A DNA stretch of 64,000 bases from an uncultured Gemmatimonadales bacterium (GCA_963844035.1 CAWJMT010000004.1:256001-320000), one strand, 5' to 3'. Counted from the first letter of the stretch, positions 42,930-53,606 are shown. Translations and numbers: made by a program. The notes: a model not told the origin generated them from the sequence alone.

Positions 42930-44483
42930 TCAGACTCCCCAGAGGTACGAGTTGTTGAGCGACTTGTCTTCGAGCCGGTCGGCGAAGCTCGCCTTGTTGA
43001 GCGCGTGTACCAGCGCCCGGGCGCTCGCCTCGACGACGTCGGTGGATGCGCCGTGGCCCGTCAGGGTCTTCGAGTCGATCCGCGCCTGCAGGAACACGTG
43101 GCCCACACTGTCCCGTCCCGGCGTCACCGACTGCAGCGACAGGTTCAGGACTTCGATCGGGTGCTCCACGATGGCGCTGATCGCGGCGAACGCCGCGGCA
43201 ATCGGTCCGTTGCCGCTGCCGGTCGCGCTGCGCTCCCGCATCCACGGGCCGGTCAGGCTGACTTCCGCGGTGGCCGCGACGGTCCCGCACGACGCCTTCA
43301 GGAACGTGAGCTGGTACGACTCCGGGGCGTCATGGAAGCTCTCGTGCAACAGCGCGAGCAGGTCCTCGTCCAGGATCTCCTCTTTGCGGTCGGCGAGGGT
43401 GGTGAACTCGCGATACAGCCACTCGAGCGTCGGCTCGTCGAGCTCGTACCCCAGCTCCTTGTAGCGGCGCTCGAGCGCATGCCGGCCCGAATGCTTGCCC
43501 AGCACCAGCGTCGAGCGGGGCACGCCAACCGTCTCGGGACGGATGATCTCGTAGGTCAGGCCGTTCTGCATCACGCCGTGCTGGTGGATCCCCGCCTCGT
43601 GCGCGAACGCGTTGCGCCCGACGATCGCCTTGTTGGGCTGCGGGAACGTGCCGATGACGTGGGACAGGAGCTGGCTGGTCCGGAAGATCTCGCGCGTATT
43701 CACCGCGCATTCGAACTTCACCGCCTGCGGACGCACGAATGCGGCCATCACGATCTCTTCGAGCGCCGCGTTGCCGGCGCGCTCGCCGATCCCGTTGACG
43801 GTGCACTCGATCTGGCGCGCACCCCCTTCGATCGCGGCCAGCGAGTTCGCCACCGCCAGGCCGAGGTCGTCATGGCAATGCGCGCTGAACACGACCTTAT
43901 CGCTGTTCGGCACGCGCTCGCGCACCGTGCGGAACATGTGGGTGTACTCGGACGGTATCGCGTACCCGACGGTGTCGGGGAGGTTGATCGTGGTGGCGCC
44001 TTCCTCGATCGCCGCCTCGACCACCTTGCACAGGAAGTCCATGTCGCTGCGGCTCGCGTCTTCCGCCGAAAACTCGACGTCGTCGGTAAAGCCGCGTGCA
44101 CGCTTCACCGCGGCGCGCGCCCGCTCCAGGCACTCCTCACGGCTGATCCGCAGCTTGTGCTGGAGGTGGATGTCGGAGGTCGCGATGAACACGTGGATGC
44201 GCCCGCGCTCCGCCGGCCGGAGCGCGTCGCCCGCCAGATCGATGTCGCGGTCGGTGCACCGGGCCAGCGCCGCGATGATCGGCCGCCGCACCTCGAGCGC
44301 GACGTCCCGCACGCCGCGGAAGTCGCCGTCGGACGCGGCCGGGAACCCAGTCTCCAGCACATCGACGCCCAGCACGTCGAGCTGCCGCGCCAGGCGCAGC
44401 TTCTCTTCGGGGGTCATCGAGTTGCCGGGGGCCTGCTCTCCATCGCGCAGGGTCGTGTCGAAGATGACGACATGTCGGTCCAT
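42930..44483 (-). CDS. leuA: 2-isopropylmalate synthase
   Basis: DTTLRDGEQ, HCHDDLG, GIGERAGN, HEAGIHQ, LGKHSGR, GNGPI regulatory domain. Confidence 0.94.
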   Translation of the reverse strand: MDRHVVIFDTTLRDGEQAPGNSMTPEEKLRLARQLDVLGVDVLETGFPAASDGDFRGVRDVALEVRRPIIAALARCTDRDIDLAGDALRPAERGRIHVFIATSDIHLQHKLRISREECLERARAAVKRARGFTDDVEFSAEDASRSDMDFLCKVVEAAIEEGATTINLPDTVGYAIPSEYTHMFRTVRERVPNSDKVVFSAHCHDDLGLAVANSLAAIEGGARQIECTVNGIGERAGNAALEEIVMAAFVRPQAVKFECAVNTREIFRTSQLLSHVIGTFPQPNKAIVGRNAFAHEAGIHQHGVMQNGLTYEIIRPETVGVPRSTLVLGKHSGRHALERRYKELGYELDEPTLEWLYREFTTLADRKEEILDEDLLALLHESFHDAPESYQLTFLKASCGTVAATAEVSLTGPWMRERSATGSGNGPIAAAFAAISAIVEHPIEVLNLSLQSVTPGRDSVGHVFLQARIDSKTLTGHGASTDVVEASARALVHALNKASFADRLEDKSLNNSYLWGV

Positions 44484-44522
44484 TCGTGCTCTCCCTCAAT
44501 ATCCCGGTGATGCGGCGACTAC

Positions 44523-44558
44523 GAAAAAACGCCGCGGGCTGTCCTGGTCCGCGGCGTC
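44523..44558 (-). terminator. Attenuator terminator of the leu/ilv operon
   Basis: Minus strand GACGCCGCGG-accaggacagc-CCGCGGCGT plus U-run, 40 nt before the leuA ATG. Confidence 0.85.
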
Positions 44559-44583
44559 GGGGGTGTTGCGTTGCTCTAGGTCT

Positions 44584-44688
44584 TCAGCGACTCATGGTAG
44601 CGTCGCGCGCGCCGCGGATCTCTTGCCAGGGGATTAGCCCCAGCAGTAGAAGGCCCAGCAGCAGGTTGACGACGAAAAGCGGCGTCAT
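44584..44688 (-). CDS. leu/ilv leader peptide MTPLFVVNLLLGLLLLGLIPWQEIRGARDATMSR
   Basis: 34 aa, dense in Leu/Val/Ile including CTT/CTA codons; contains the antiterminator segment TCCGCGGCG. Confidence 0.82.
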   Translation of the reverse strand: MTPLFVVNLLLGLLLLGLIPWQEIRGARDATMSR

Positions 44689-44749
44689 GCGCGGTTAGTC
44701 CACTCCAGATGAGTCGCAACACAGCAATTCTAATCGTGTTAACGCTCCG

Positions 44750-44778
44750 AGGTTAATCTTCCGGCGGGACCGGGTCAA
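44750..44778 (-). promoter_or_regulatory. Sigma70 promoter for the leu/ilv leader
   Basis: TTGACC-N17-TAACCT on minus strand. Confidence 0.55.
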
Positions 44779-44891
44779 CCAATCATTTCAGGTTGAAACG
44801 CAGCCACCCAACCGGGTGGGAACCATGGAAGCTCCGATGCTGCTTGACGATGCGTTCTGGGGTGCTGTACGTTAGCGTCACACAAGGGTCC

Positions 44892-44921
44892 GCCCCAGGG
44901 CGCCGTTGCCCGGGGCTTTTT
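44892..44921 (+). terminator. Terminator hairpin in the thr operon leader
   Basis: GCCCCaGGGC-gccgtt-GCCCGGGGC-TTTTT, 17 nt before the thrB ATG. Confidence 0.7.
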
Positions 44922-44938
44922 CATTATGGGGAACGCGC

Positions 44939-45856
44939 ATGCCTGCCAGCGTCACCGTACGGGTCCCGGGGTCGACGGCCAATCTGGGCTCCGGATTCGA
45001 TTGCGTCGGGATCGCGGTCGAGCGGTCGGTCCAGGTTGTCGCGCGCCTCGAGGCATCGGACACGCTGGTTCGGACCACGCGCCGCGGCTCGCTCGAAGGG
45101 CTCAGCGTGCCTGCGGATAGAGATCTGCTGTATCTTGGCTTCGTCGGCGCCTGCCGGGCCGCCGGCCGGGAAGCGCCGAAGGGACTCGTCTTTGAGGTCA
45201 GTTCGGACATTCCCGTCGCCCGTGGACTGGGCTCGTCCGCAGCCGCCGTCGTCGCCGGTGCCGTGGCGGCGCGCGCCCTGTGCGAGCTCAATCTCGACGA
45301 TGCAGCACTCGCCGCCGCCTGCGCCGATATTGAAGGACATGCGGACAACGTCGCACCGTCGGTGTGGGGCGGCGCCATGCTCGTGCTGAAAACCGCCGGC
45401 GGAGATCTGCTCTTTGCCCCCCTCGAGGTGCACGAGTCTCTGGTGCTGATCTTCGCGATTCCCGACTTCACCTTGTCCACCGAGCGGGCGCGGTCCGTGC
45501 TTCCCGCCACGGTGCCGCACCGCACCGCCGTGACGGCGGCGGCGCGCTCCGCCGCGCTCGTCCAGGGGCTGGCGAATGCGAACCCGGGCTTGCTCGCGTT
45601 GGGGCTCGACGACGTGCTCCACGTGCCGCACCGACGCGTGCTGATGCGCGGGTACGACGACGTGACCAAAGCCGCCCGGTCCGCCGGCGCCTACGGCGCC
45701 ACACTCTCGGGGTCGGGCTCGACAATCGTGGCGCTTGGGTCCGCGGCAACCGCCGCCGCGGTCGAAACCGCCATGGCCACCGCCTGGCGCGCGCACCGCG
45801 TGAGCGCCACGACGTTTCACATGGCCCGCCCGGCCTCAGGATACAAGGTCGCCTGA
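44939..45856 (+). CDS. thrB: Homoserine kinase (GHMP)
   Basis: VPGSTANLGSGFD, PVARGLGSS, EGHADNV, SGSGST. Confidence 0.93.
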   Translation: MPASVTVRVPGSTANLGSGFDCVGIAVERSVQVVARLEASDTLVRTTRRGSLEGLSVPADRDLLYLGFVGACRAAGREAPKGLVFEVSSDIPVARGLGSSAAAVVAGAVAARALCELNLDDAALAAACADIEGHADNVAPSVWGGAMLVLKTAGGDLLFAPLEVHESLVLIFAIPDFTLSTERARSVLPATVPHRTAVTAAARSAALVQGLANANPGLLALGLDDVLHVPHRRVLMRGYDDVTKAARSAGAYGATLSGSGSTIVALGSAATAAAVETAMATAWRAHRVSATTFHMARPASGYKVA

Positions 45857-48371
45857 TGGTCCGACCGGCCGGCCCTCCCCAGGTTCACAAGTTCGGCGGC
45901 GCATCACTCGCCGACAGCGCCGGCATCGCGCGCGTCGTCGCCATCATCGAGGCGCAACGGCCGGCGCCGCTGGTTATCGTCGTCTCGGCGCTGGCCGGGG
46001 TCACCGATGCGCTGCTCGAGATCGCATCCAACGCAGTGCGTGGCGAGGCCGACGCGGTTCGGACGAGCGCGGCCGCTCTGCACAAGCGCCATGCGACCGT
46101 GGCCCGGGGGTTGCTCCCGGACGGGAACCGCCGGCGTGACACATTGCGTGCGATCGACGAATCGTTCGCCGAGCTGGAACAGATCGCCGCCGGCCTGGCC
46201 ATCGTGCGGGAGCTGACGCCGCGCACCAACGACTATCTCGTCGCGCGCGGGGAGCGGTTGAGCGCCCGGCTCGTGTCGGCAGCGCTCGATGAGGCCGGGT
46301 GTCCGGTGGCCCTGGTCGATGCCCTGGAGGTCATCCGTTGCGACAGCAACTTCGGCAGCGCGTCGCCCGATCTGGCGCTGACCGACCGCAGCGCGCGGCG
46401 GGTGCTCGGCCCGCTGCTCAAGCGCGGCGTCGTGGCCGTCATACCGGGGTTCATCGCCGGTACTCCAGATGGACAGCTCGCGACCCTGGGACGCGGCGGG
46501 TCGGACCTGACGGCGACCCTGCTCGGGCGCGCGCTCGGGGCGCGTGAAGTGTCGCTGTGGAAGGACGTCCCCGGGATGCTCACCGCCGATCCTCGCATGG
46601 TGCCCGACGCCCGGGTCATCCCGCAGCTTCACCTGCGGGAGGCCGCCGAGCTGGCGTACTACGGCGCGAAGGTGCTGCACCCCCGCGCCCTGATTCCGCT
46701 GGCGCGCCGGAACCTCGCGATCCGCATCCGGCCGTTCGCCGACCCTGGAGCCCGTGGGACGGAGATCTCGCGCCGGCGCACGCTGCGCTCCCACCCGGTG
46801 AAGGCCATCTCGGCGGTGAGCGGCCAGGCCCTGCTCATGGTGACCGGCAACGGCATGTTGGGCGTGCCCGGAATCGCCGCCCGGACCTTCGCCGCGGTGC
46901 ACGAAGAGGGCATTTCGGTCTCGCTCATCAGTCAGGCGTCGTCGGAGCACTCGATCTGCTTCAGCGTCCCGGAGGCGAGCGCCGAGCGGGCGCGCAAGAG
47001 TCTGGAGCGGGCGCTCCGGGAAGAGATCGCACGCCGCCAGATCGACGGCGTGGAGGTCCGCCGCAAGATCGCCACCGTCGCGGTGGTCGGGCTGGGGATG
47101 GCGGGGACACCGGGGATCGCGGCCAAGACGTTCGCCGCGCTGTCGAGCGGCAAGATCAACGTCATCGCGATCGCCCAGGGGTCCTCGGAGCTGAACCTGT
47201 CCGTCGTGGTGGACGCCGGGGAAGTCGTGCGCGCGCAGCGGCTGGTCCACACGGCATTTCAGCTCGACAAGCTCGGCGGCGGCGGAGTGGCCGGAGCGGA
47301 GCGGACCGGACGTCGTGCTGCTCGGCTTCGGGCAAATCGGGCGCATCCTCGGCGCGATGATTGCCAAGCCGCGCCGGGGCCCGCGCCAGCTCAGGGTGGT
47401 CGCCGTCATCGATCGTTCGGGATTCGTGTTCGACGCGGAGGGACTCACGCCGCGCCGGCTCGCAGGGTTGGCCGCCGCCAAGGTCAAAGGGGCCACCATC
47501 GCGAAGGCCGCCGGCGCGCGGCGCGGTACGGCGACCGAGGCGGTGGATTTTGTGGCGCGCCACGCACTCTCGAACCCGGTGCTGGTGGACGTCACCGCCG
47601 ATGACACCAGCGCCACCTTGAAGCACGCGCTCGGCGCGGGGATGCATGTCGTCCTGGCCAACAAGCGCCCACTGACCACGCACCGCAAGCTGTACGACGA
47701 GCTGCGCGCGCTTGCGGACGAGCGCGGGCGCCGGCTGCTGCACGAGACCACCGTGGGCGCCGGCCTGCCGATCATCGACACGTTCTACAAGCTCGCCGAG
47801 TCGGGCGATCGCGTCAGCAAGATCGAGGGCTGTCCCTCCGGCACGCTCGGCTTCCTGTTCGGCGAGATGGGACGGGGGCGGCCGTTCTCCGACGCGCTGC
47901 GCCGCGCGATCGCGAAGGGCTACCCCGAGCCCGACCCGCGCGAAGATCTGTCGGGCACGGACGTCGCCCGCAAAGCCCTGATCCTCGGCCGGTTGCTCGG
48001 ATTTCCGGGCGAGATGGGCGACATCGAGGTCGAGTCGCTCGTGCCGCCGAAGGGGAAACGCCTGCCGCTGAAGGAGTTCCTGGCACGGCTCGAGGAGTAC
48101 GATGCCGAGTGGCAGACAGCGCGTGCAGCAGGCCCGCGAGCGCGGCGGCGTGCTGCGCTACCGCTGCACCGTGACCCCACGGCGCATTCGCGTAGGCCTC
48201 GTGGCGGTAGCTGCCACCAGCCCGCTCGCCTCGCTCAACGGCACCGACAACCAGTTCATTTTCACGACGGAGCGCTACAAGGCGAATCCGCTGGTGATCA
48301 CCGGACCGGGCGCCGGCCCTGCCGTCACGGCGGGCGGGATTTTGAACGACGTCCTGAAGCTCGCCGGCTGA
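45856..48371 (+). CDS. thrA: Bifunctional aspartokinase / homoserine dehydrogenase (frameshifts near 47300 and 48115)
   Basis: HKFGGASL, TLGRGGSD, two ACT domains, GFGQIG, ANKRP, ETTVGAGLP, EPDPREDLSG, GPGAGPAVTA. Confidence 0.9.
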
Positions 48372-49679
48372 TGAGCGCCCCTCCCTCAGAACTCCGGCAC
48401 GCCAGCCTGCAGATCTGCGCGGCGTGCGGAGCGCAGCTGGCCGAGACCGATCGCCGGTCGCAGTGCCCGGAGTGCGGTGGACTGCTCGAGATCCGGCACG
48501 AACCGCCCAGTGTGACCGGGGCCGCGCTGCGCGCGCTGCTCGACACCCGTTCCGGCATCCGGCGGGGCGCGTTTGCGTCCGGCGTGTGGCGCTATCGCGA
48601 CCTCGTCCTGCCGAGCGTCACCGACGAGCAAGTCGTGACGTATCCCGAAGGAAACACACCGCTGCTCGATCGCCCGACGGTATCGGCGTGGGCCGGCGCG
48701 GGGAGCTTGCTGCTCAAGCACGAGGGACTCAATCCCACCGGTTCATTCAAGGACCGCGGGATGACGGTCGGCGTGACGCACGCGAGGCGCCTCGGCGTCA
48801 CCGCGGTCGCCTGCGCCTCGACGGGGAACACCGGCGCGTCGCTCGCCGCGTACGCCGCGCTCGCGGGGATCACGGCTCTCACGATCGTGCCGAAGGGCAA
48901 GGTCGCCCGCGGCAAGCTCACGCAGCTCTTGGCGTATGGCGCGCGCACGCTGGTGGTGCGGGGCGATTTCGATACCTGCCTGGAGCTGGCCTGGGAGGCG
49001 AACAAGGAGCTGGGAGTCTATCTCCTCAACTCGGTGAATCCATTTCGCCTCGAGGGGCAGAAGACCATCGTCCTGGAGCTGCTCCAGCAACTTGGGTGGG
49101 ACCCGCCCGACTGGATCCTCGTACCGGCGGGCAACCTCGGCAACACCGCCGCGTTCGGGAAGGCGCTGCGGGAAGCGCATGGCCTGGGGCTGATCGCGCG
49201 GATGCCGCGCATCGCGGCCGTGCAGGCCGCCGGCGCGGCGCCGTTCGCGCGCAGCTTTGAGGAGGGGTTCGCCCGGCAGGCACCGCGTGGAAGCGCACAC
49301 CGTCGCCACGGCCATCAGCATCGGCAACCCGGCGTCGTACGACCGGGCGGTCACGGCCATCCGCGAGACCAACGGCGTGGTCACCGCCGTGGGCGACGAC
49401 GAAATCCTGGAGGCGAAGGCGGTGGTGGATGCATCGGGGGCGGGCTGCGAGCCCGCGAGCGCGGCGAGCGTCGCCGGCGCGCGGCAGCTGATTCGCAAAG
49501 GGGTGATCCGGCCCTCCGACCGGCTGGTCGCGGTCCTCACCGGGCACATCCTCAAGGACCCCGACGCGGTCACCCGCTACCACGAGGAGACCACGCCACC
49601 GCTGCCGTACGCGAATCACACGATCGAAATCGATCCCAAGCTTTCGGAAATCGAACGCGTGCTGGCGCGCGGGCGCTGA
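48371..49679 (+). CDS. thrC: Threonine synthase with N-terminal Zn ribbon (frameshift near 49275)
   Basis: CAAC..CPEC, EGNTP, NPTGSFKDRG, CASTGNT, EGQKT, CEPASA, LTGHILKDP. Confidence 0.92.
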
Positions 49680-49688
49680 CGGCCGCCG

Positions 49689-50543
49689 TCAGCGCTCGAG
49701 AATCAACTCCTTGGCGCGCTGGCTCGCTTTCGCCACGGCCTTGATCAACGTCACCCGCAGCTTCCCCTCTTCCAGCTCCATGATCCCGTCGATGGTGCAG
49801 CCGGCCGGTGTGGTGACGGCGTCCCGCAGCAACGCGGGGTGATCACCGGTTTCGAGCGCCACGGTCGCGGCGCCGAGCAGCGTCTGCGCGGCAAGCAGCA
49901 TGGCGGTGTCGCGCGCGAGCCCGGCTTTGACCCCGCCTTCCGCCAGGGACTCGAGAATGATGTACACGAACGCGGGCCCGCTTGCCGACAGACCTGTCAC
50001 GGCATCCATGTCCTTCTCTTCCACGAGGACGGTCCTGCCCACGGTGTCGAAGAACAGCTGGGCCGTCTCGAGGTGGTTCTGCGTGGCGTATTTCCCTTTG
50101 CACAGCCCCGTCATCCCGGCGCCGACCACGCAGGGCGTGTTGGGCATCGCCCGCACCACGGGGATCGGCGCCTTGAGGATCTCTTCCATGTACGCGGTCG
50201 GCACGGAGGCGGCCACCGAGACGATCAGCTTCTCGGGCGTCACCTCGGGCCGGATCTCCTCGAGCACCGCGCGGACCGCCTGCGGCTTGACGCACAGCAG
50301 GATCACGTCCGCCTGGGCCGCCGCCGCGCGGTTGTCGGTACCGACCGGGATCGCCAGCTGAGTGCTGAGCGCGCGCACGCGCTCCGGACGCCGCACGGTG
50401 GGGAACGCGCGCTCCGGAGAGAGGCCGGCTTTCAGCAGCCCCTGAAGGAGAATGCCGCCGATCTTCCCGGTGCCGAGCACGGCGATGCGGCGCTCGAGCA
50501 GTCGTTGTGGTGCGGCGGATGGCTTGGGCGATGGCTTGGGCAT
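49689..50543 (-). CDS. proC: Pyrroline-5-carboxylate reductase
   Basis: GTGKIG, CVKPQ, RAMPNTP, SASGPAF, VTTPAGCT. Confidence 0.94.
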   Translation of the reverse strand: MPKPSPKPSAAPQRLLERRIAVLGTGKIGGILLQGLLKAGLSPERAFPTVRRPERVRALSTQLAIPVGTDNRAAAAQADVILLCVKPQAVRAVLEEIRPEVTPEKLIVSVAASVPTAYMEEILKAPIPVVRAMPNTPCVVGAGMTGLCKGKYATQNHLETAQLFFDTVGRTVLVEEKDMDAVTGLSASGPAFVYIILESLAEGGVKAGLARDTAMLLAAQTLLGAATVALETGDHPALLRDAVTTPAGCTIDGIMELEEGKLRVTLIKAVAKASQRAKELILER

Positions 50544-50597
50544 AGCGGGCCTTTCGAGTAGCCTGTAATGTCACCGGCCACTGGTGAGGAGGGAAGT

Positions 50598-51230
50598 GTG
50601 AGCATCGCACGACCGGGGAAGATCGTCTGCGTCGGCCGAAACTACGTCGAGCATGCGGCGGAGCTCGGGAACACCGTGCCCAAGCAACCGCTGCTGTTTT
50701 TCAAGCCGCCGTCCGCCGTCATCGGGAACGGCGACGCCATCGTCCTTCCTCCCGAATCGGTGCAGGTCGAGTACGAGGGGGAAATCGGCCTGGTGATCGG
50801 CCGCCCCCTGCGCCGGGCCACGGAAGCCCAGGCCCGGGCTGCCATCGCCGGGATCACCTGCGTGAACGACGTCACCGCCCGCGACCTGCAGCGCAGCGAC
50901 GAGCAGTGGACGCGCGCCAAGGGGTTCGACACGTTCTGCCCGATCGGCCCGCGGGTCGTGCCGGTGAACACCGCGCAGCTCACGCAGCTAGAAGTGCGGT
51001 GCCTGGTGAACGGGGTCGAGCGCCAGCATGGACGGGCACGGGACATGGTGTTCGGGTTTCTGGCCCTTGTAGCCTACATCTCCCAGGTCATGACTCTCGA
51101 ACCGGGAGATTTGATCGCGACCGGGACGCCGTCAGGGGTCGGTCCGCTGCACGCCGGGGACGTTGTGGAGGTGGAAATTCCCGGCGTTGGTGTGCTCCGC
51201 AATCCGGTGGTGGCGGCCAAAGGCGCGTGA
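50598..51230 (+). CDS. Fumarylacetoacetate hydrolase family protein
   Basis: GRNYVEH, FKP, YEGE, NDVTARDLQ, KGFDTFCP, TGTP.GVG. Confidence 0.92.
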   Translation: MSIARPGKIVCVGRNYVEHAAELGNTVPKQPLLFFKPPSAVIGNGDAIVLPPESVQVEYEGEIGLVIGRPLRRATEAQARAAIAGITCVNDVTARDLQRSDEQWTRAKGFDTFCPIGPRVVPVNTAQLTQLEVRCLVNGVERQHGRARDMVFGFLALVAYISQVMTLEPGDLIATGTPSGVGPLHAGDVVEVEIPGVGVLRNPVVAAKGA

Positions 51231-51318
51231 CCCCTCCCTAAAGGCCAATCGCGATCGCGGTGCGCGAGGCGACAATTCGAGGTACGTTTTTTCGACCATC
51301 CTGGGAAGAGAGGGGCAT

Positions 51319-51774
51319 ATGCACGTCGTGATCCAACGGTACCGGGTTCGACTGGGGGTAGTCGCGGATGCGGCGCGCTACGCTGACAAGTGGTTCGTGC
51401 CGCTACTCCGGGAGATCCCCGGGTTTGGGGCCTGCTTCCTCATGGACGCCGGGAGCGGCGTCCTAGGATCAATCGGCGTGTTCGAGACTCCGGAAGGAGC
51501 CGAGGCTGCGTCCCGGCTGGCTCATGAATGGTTCAGCAAGGAATGGGGGTCGTTCCGCCCCCTCCCGCCCGAGGTGATCACCGGGGAAGTGCTGGCCCCC
51601 GTGGCTGCCACCGGCCAGGGACGGCGGTGGATCGCTGACCGGCGTCACACCACGTTGCGCCTCGGCGCCGGGGCACCCAACGTTGTCGAGCGTCGCGTCG
51701 GTGGCGATCGGCGGCAGGGCTTCGATCGCCGCGCGGACCTCGTACGTCTGTTCGAACATCAAGCGGTAGGGTAG
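51319..51774 (+). CDS. Hypothetical: ABM-like domain plus DRR/ERR repeat tail
   Basis: VPLLREIPGF; tail ADRR..ERRVGGDRRQGFDRR. Confidence 0.6.
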   Translation: MHVVIQRYRVRLGVVADAARYADKWFVPLLREIPGFGACFLMDAGSGVLGSIGVFETPEGAEAASRLAHEWFSKEWGSFRPLPPEVITGEVLAPVAATGQGRRWIADRRHTTLRLGAGAPNVVERRVGGDRRQGFDRRADLVRLFEHQAVG

Positions 51775-51818
51775 AGCGCTCCAAGAGGCAGTCTGACAGG
51801 CAGTGTGTTCGGGGGCCC

Positions 51819-52316
51819 TCAGGTTCCGGTCGCGCCCCCGATCACGGCACGCATCGAATCCACCACGGCGTGCACACTCCCAATGTGCCGCCACAGCAGG
51901 CGTCCGTCCTGCCCGACCACGAACGTCTCCGGTACGCCGATCAACTGAAACGCGTCTTCGACGCGCGCTTCCGGATCGTGCGCGACCGTGAACGTGAGCT
52001 TCTCCTCGTCGGCAAACCGCTGCACCCGCGAGCGGTCACCCGCATCCACACTCACAGCCACCACCTGGACGCCGCGCGACGCGAACTCCTTCTGAAGAGC
52101 GTTGAGGTCGGCCATCTCCTCGCGACAGGACGTACACCAGGTCGCCCACACGCTCAGCACCGTCACCCGGCCGGGGCCGCCCAGCCGCACGGTGTCACCC
52201 GCCAGGGTCGCGACGGCATACGCGCGAATCGGCTGGCCGACGGCCAGCGGACGGAATTCCCCACCACCGCCGCATGCCGTGGCGGCCAAAACCAACAGCG
52301 CGGTCCTCCGCGTCAC
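51819..52316 (-). CDS. TlpA-like thiol-disulfide reductase lipoprotein
   Basis: ATAC lipobox; WATWCTSCREE; GVPETF. Confidence 0.9.
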   Translation of the reverse strand: MTRRTALLVLAATACGGGGEFRPLAVGQPIRAYAVATLAGDTVRLGGPGRVTVLSVWATWCTSCREEMADLNALQKEFASRGVQVVAVSVDAGDRSRVQRFADEEKLTFTVAHDPEARVEDAFQLIGVPETFVVGQDGRLLWRHIGSVHAVVDSMRAVIGGATGT

Positions 52317-53593
52317 AGAATGCGCCCGCGGCGCACTACCACTTGGGCAGTGCCGACCGCCTTGAGACCCATGGGCATGCCTTTGGGCATCGTGGCTTTC
52401 ATCTCGTGCTTAGGCTTCGCGGTCGAGGCGCTCTGCTCCGACCACGCGAGCGTGATCGTGGAATCGGTCAGGGCCAGGACCGGGAACTGCGCGGCCCGGC
52501 CGGGCCCGCTCGCCGGCTCGCTCGGTCCGAAGGTCGTGCCGCCGTCGCGCGAGATGCGCACGACGACCCGCGGCACCTCCCTCGTGCCATCGTCCCAGGC
52601 CACCACAACTTCTCCGCGCGATCCGAGAGCCATTTGCACGTGGGCCGGCTGCGAGTACTTGGCGACGCCGAGCGCAACCGGCGGCGTGAAGGTGCTCCCG
52701 CCATCCGGCGAGCGAGCATAATAGACACCGGCGGCCCCCTCCTTACCGACCCACCAGGCAACGTGGAGCTGGTTCGAACGATCGATTTGGATGGACGGGC
52801 CGGCGTGCGGGCATCCGGGATACACCCAGTCATCGGCGTGGACCCGAGTGGGCGCCGTCCACGTCACCCCGCCGTCGCTCGAGCGCGCCACGACGATATC
52901 GCGCACGTCACCCGGGAGAACGGCGCGCCATGCGACAAACAGCGCCCCCTCCGGCGTGGTCGCGATCGCGGTGCGGCAGCAGGGACACGCCTCGCCTGTC
53001 CCGACCCGCCGGTTCGGCTCCCAGGTCTTGCCGCCGTCCCTCGAGCGGGTCAGAAACGGCGCGGCTTTGCCCTCGCGATCGTCCAGCCAGGAGATGTAGA
53101 GCGAGCCATCCGCCGCCGCATGCAGCGCGTGGAAGTTGTGCCTCCTGCCGAACGCTTCATCATCCGTGACGGTCACGGGCCTGCTCCACGTGCTCCCCCC
53201 ATCGATGGAGCGGACGTAGCGGAGGGCGGCGACGCCGTAGCGCTTCCCGGCGGCCAACCTGGGGACAGCGTAGATCGCGTTGAGCGCGCCGTCCGGGCCG
53301 TACGCCAGTTTGGGCGGCGACTCGCCGTGCGGCTCGACGGGACCCAGCGGATCGCGCAGCTCCACCGGGTCGGCCCCACCGACGGAGACGTACAGCCGAC
53401 CGTCGGTCCCGCTATCCGGGGCGGATACCCACGCTAAGGCCTGAGTCCCCGTGGCCGACACCGCAAACATCGGAGCGGTGCCGACCGGGGTAGCCGTGCC
53501 GACCTGCCCTTCCGCCGTGAAATGGACGGCGGGTCCACGGTTGCACCCGCCGACCACGACGATCACTGCGAGCACTGTCGCTCTGCGGCTCAT
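52313..53593 (-). CDS. BNR/Asp-box (sialidase-fold) lipoprotein with Cys motifs
   Basis: VGGC lipobox; SxDGGxTW repeats; ACPCCR; GCPHAGP; Met-rich tail. Confidence 0.85.
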   Translation of the reverse strand: MSRRATVLAVIVVVGGCNRGPAVHFTAEGQVGTATPVGTAPMFAVSATGTQALAWVSAPDSGTDGRLYVSVGGADPVELRDPLGPVEPHGESPPKLAYGPDGALNAIYAVPRLAAGKRYGVAALRYVRSIDGGSTWSRPVTVTDDEAFGRRHNFHALHAAADGSLYISWLDDREGKAAPFLTRSRDGGKTWEPNRRVGTGEACPCCRTAIATTPEGALFVAWRAVLPGDVRDIVVARSSDGGVTWTAPTRVHADDWVYPGCPHAGPSIQIDRSNQLHVAWWVGKEGAAGVYYARSPDGGSTFTPPVALGVAKYSQPAHVQMALGSRGEVVVAWDDGTREVPRVVVRISRDGGTTFGPSEPASGPGRAAQFPVLALTDSTITLAWSEQSASTAKPKHEMKATMPKGMPMGLKAVGTAQVVVRRGRIL

Positions 53594-53606
53594 GCGTCCC
53601 CGCTTC

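Noticed and set aside
44700..44930. SAM-I, lysine or T-box riboswitch before thrB
   Set aside because: Core motifs (AUCNAGAG, T-box GGUGGNACCGCG) not found
45364..47604. Long N-terminal extension on aspartokinase
   Set aside because: Shadow frame of thrB; the real start is ATG 45856
47315..49744. Apparent homoserine dehydrogenase - threonine synthase fusion
   Set aside because: The true ThrA end (48102-48371) is in another frame with a TGATG overlap; the joining sequence is out-of-frame text
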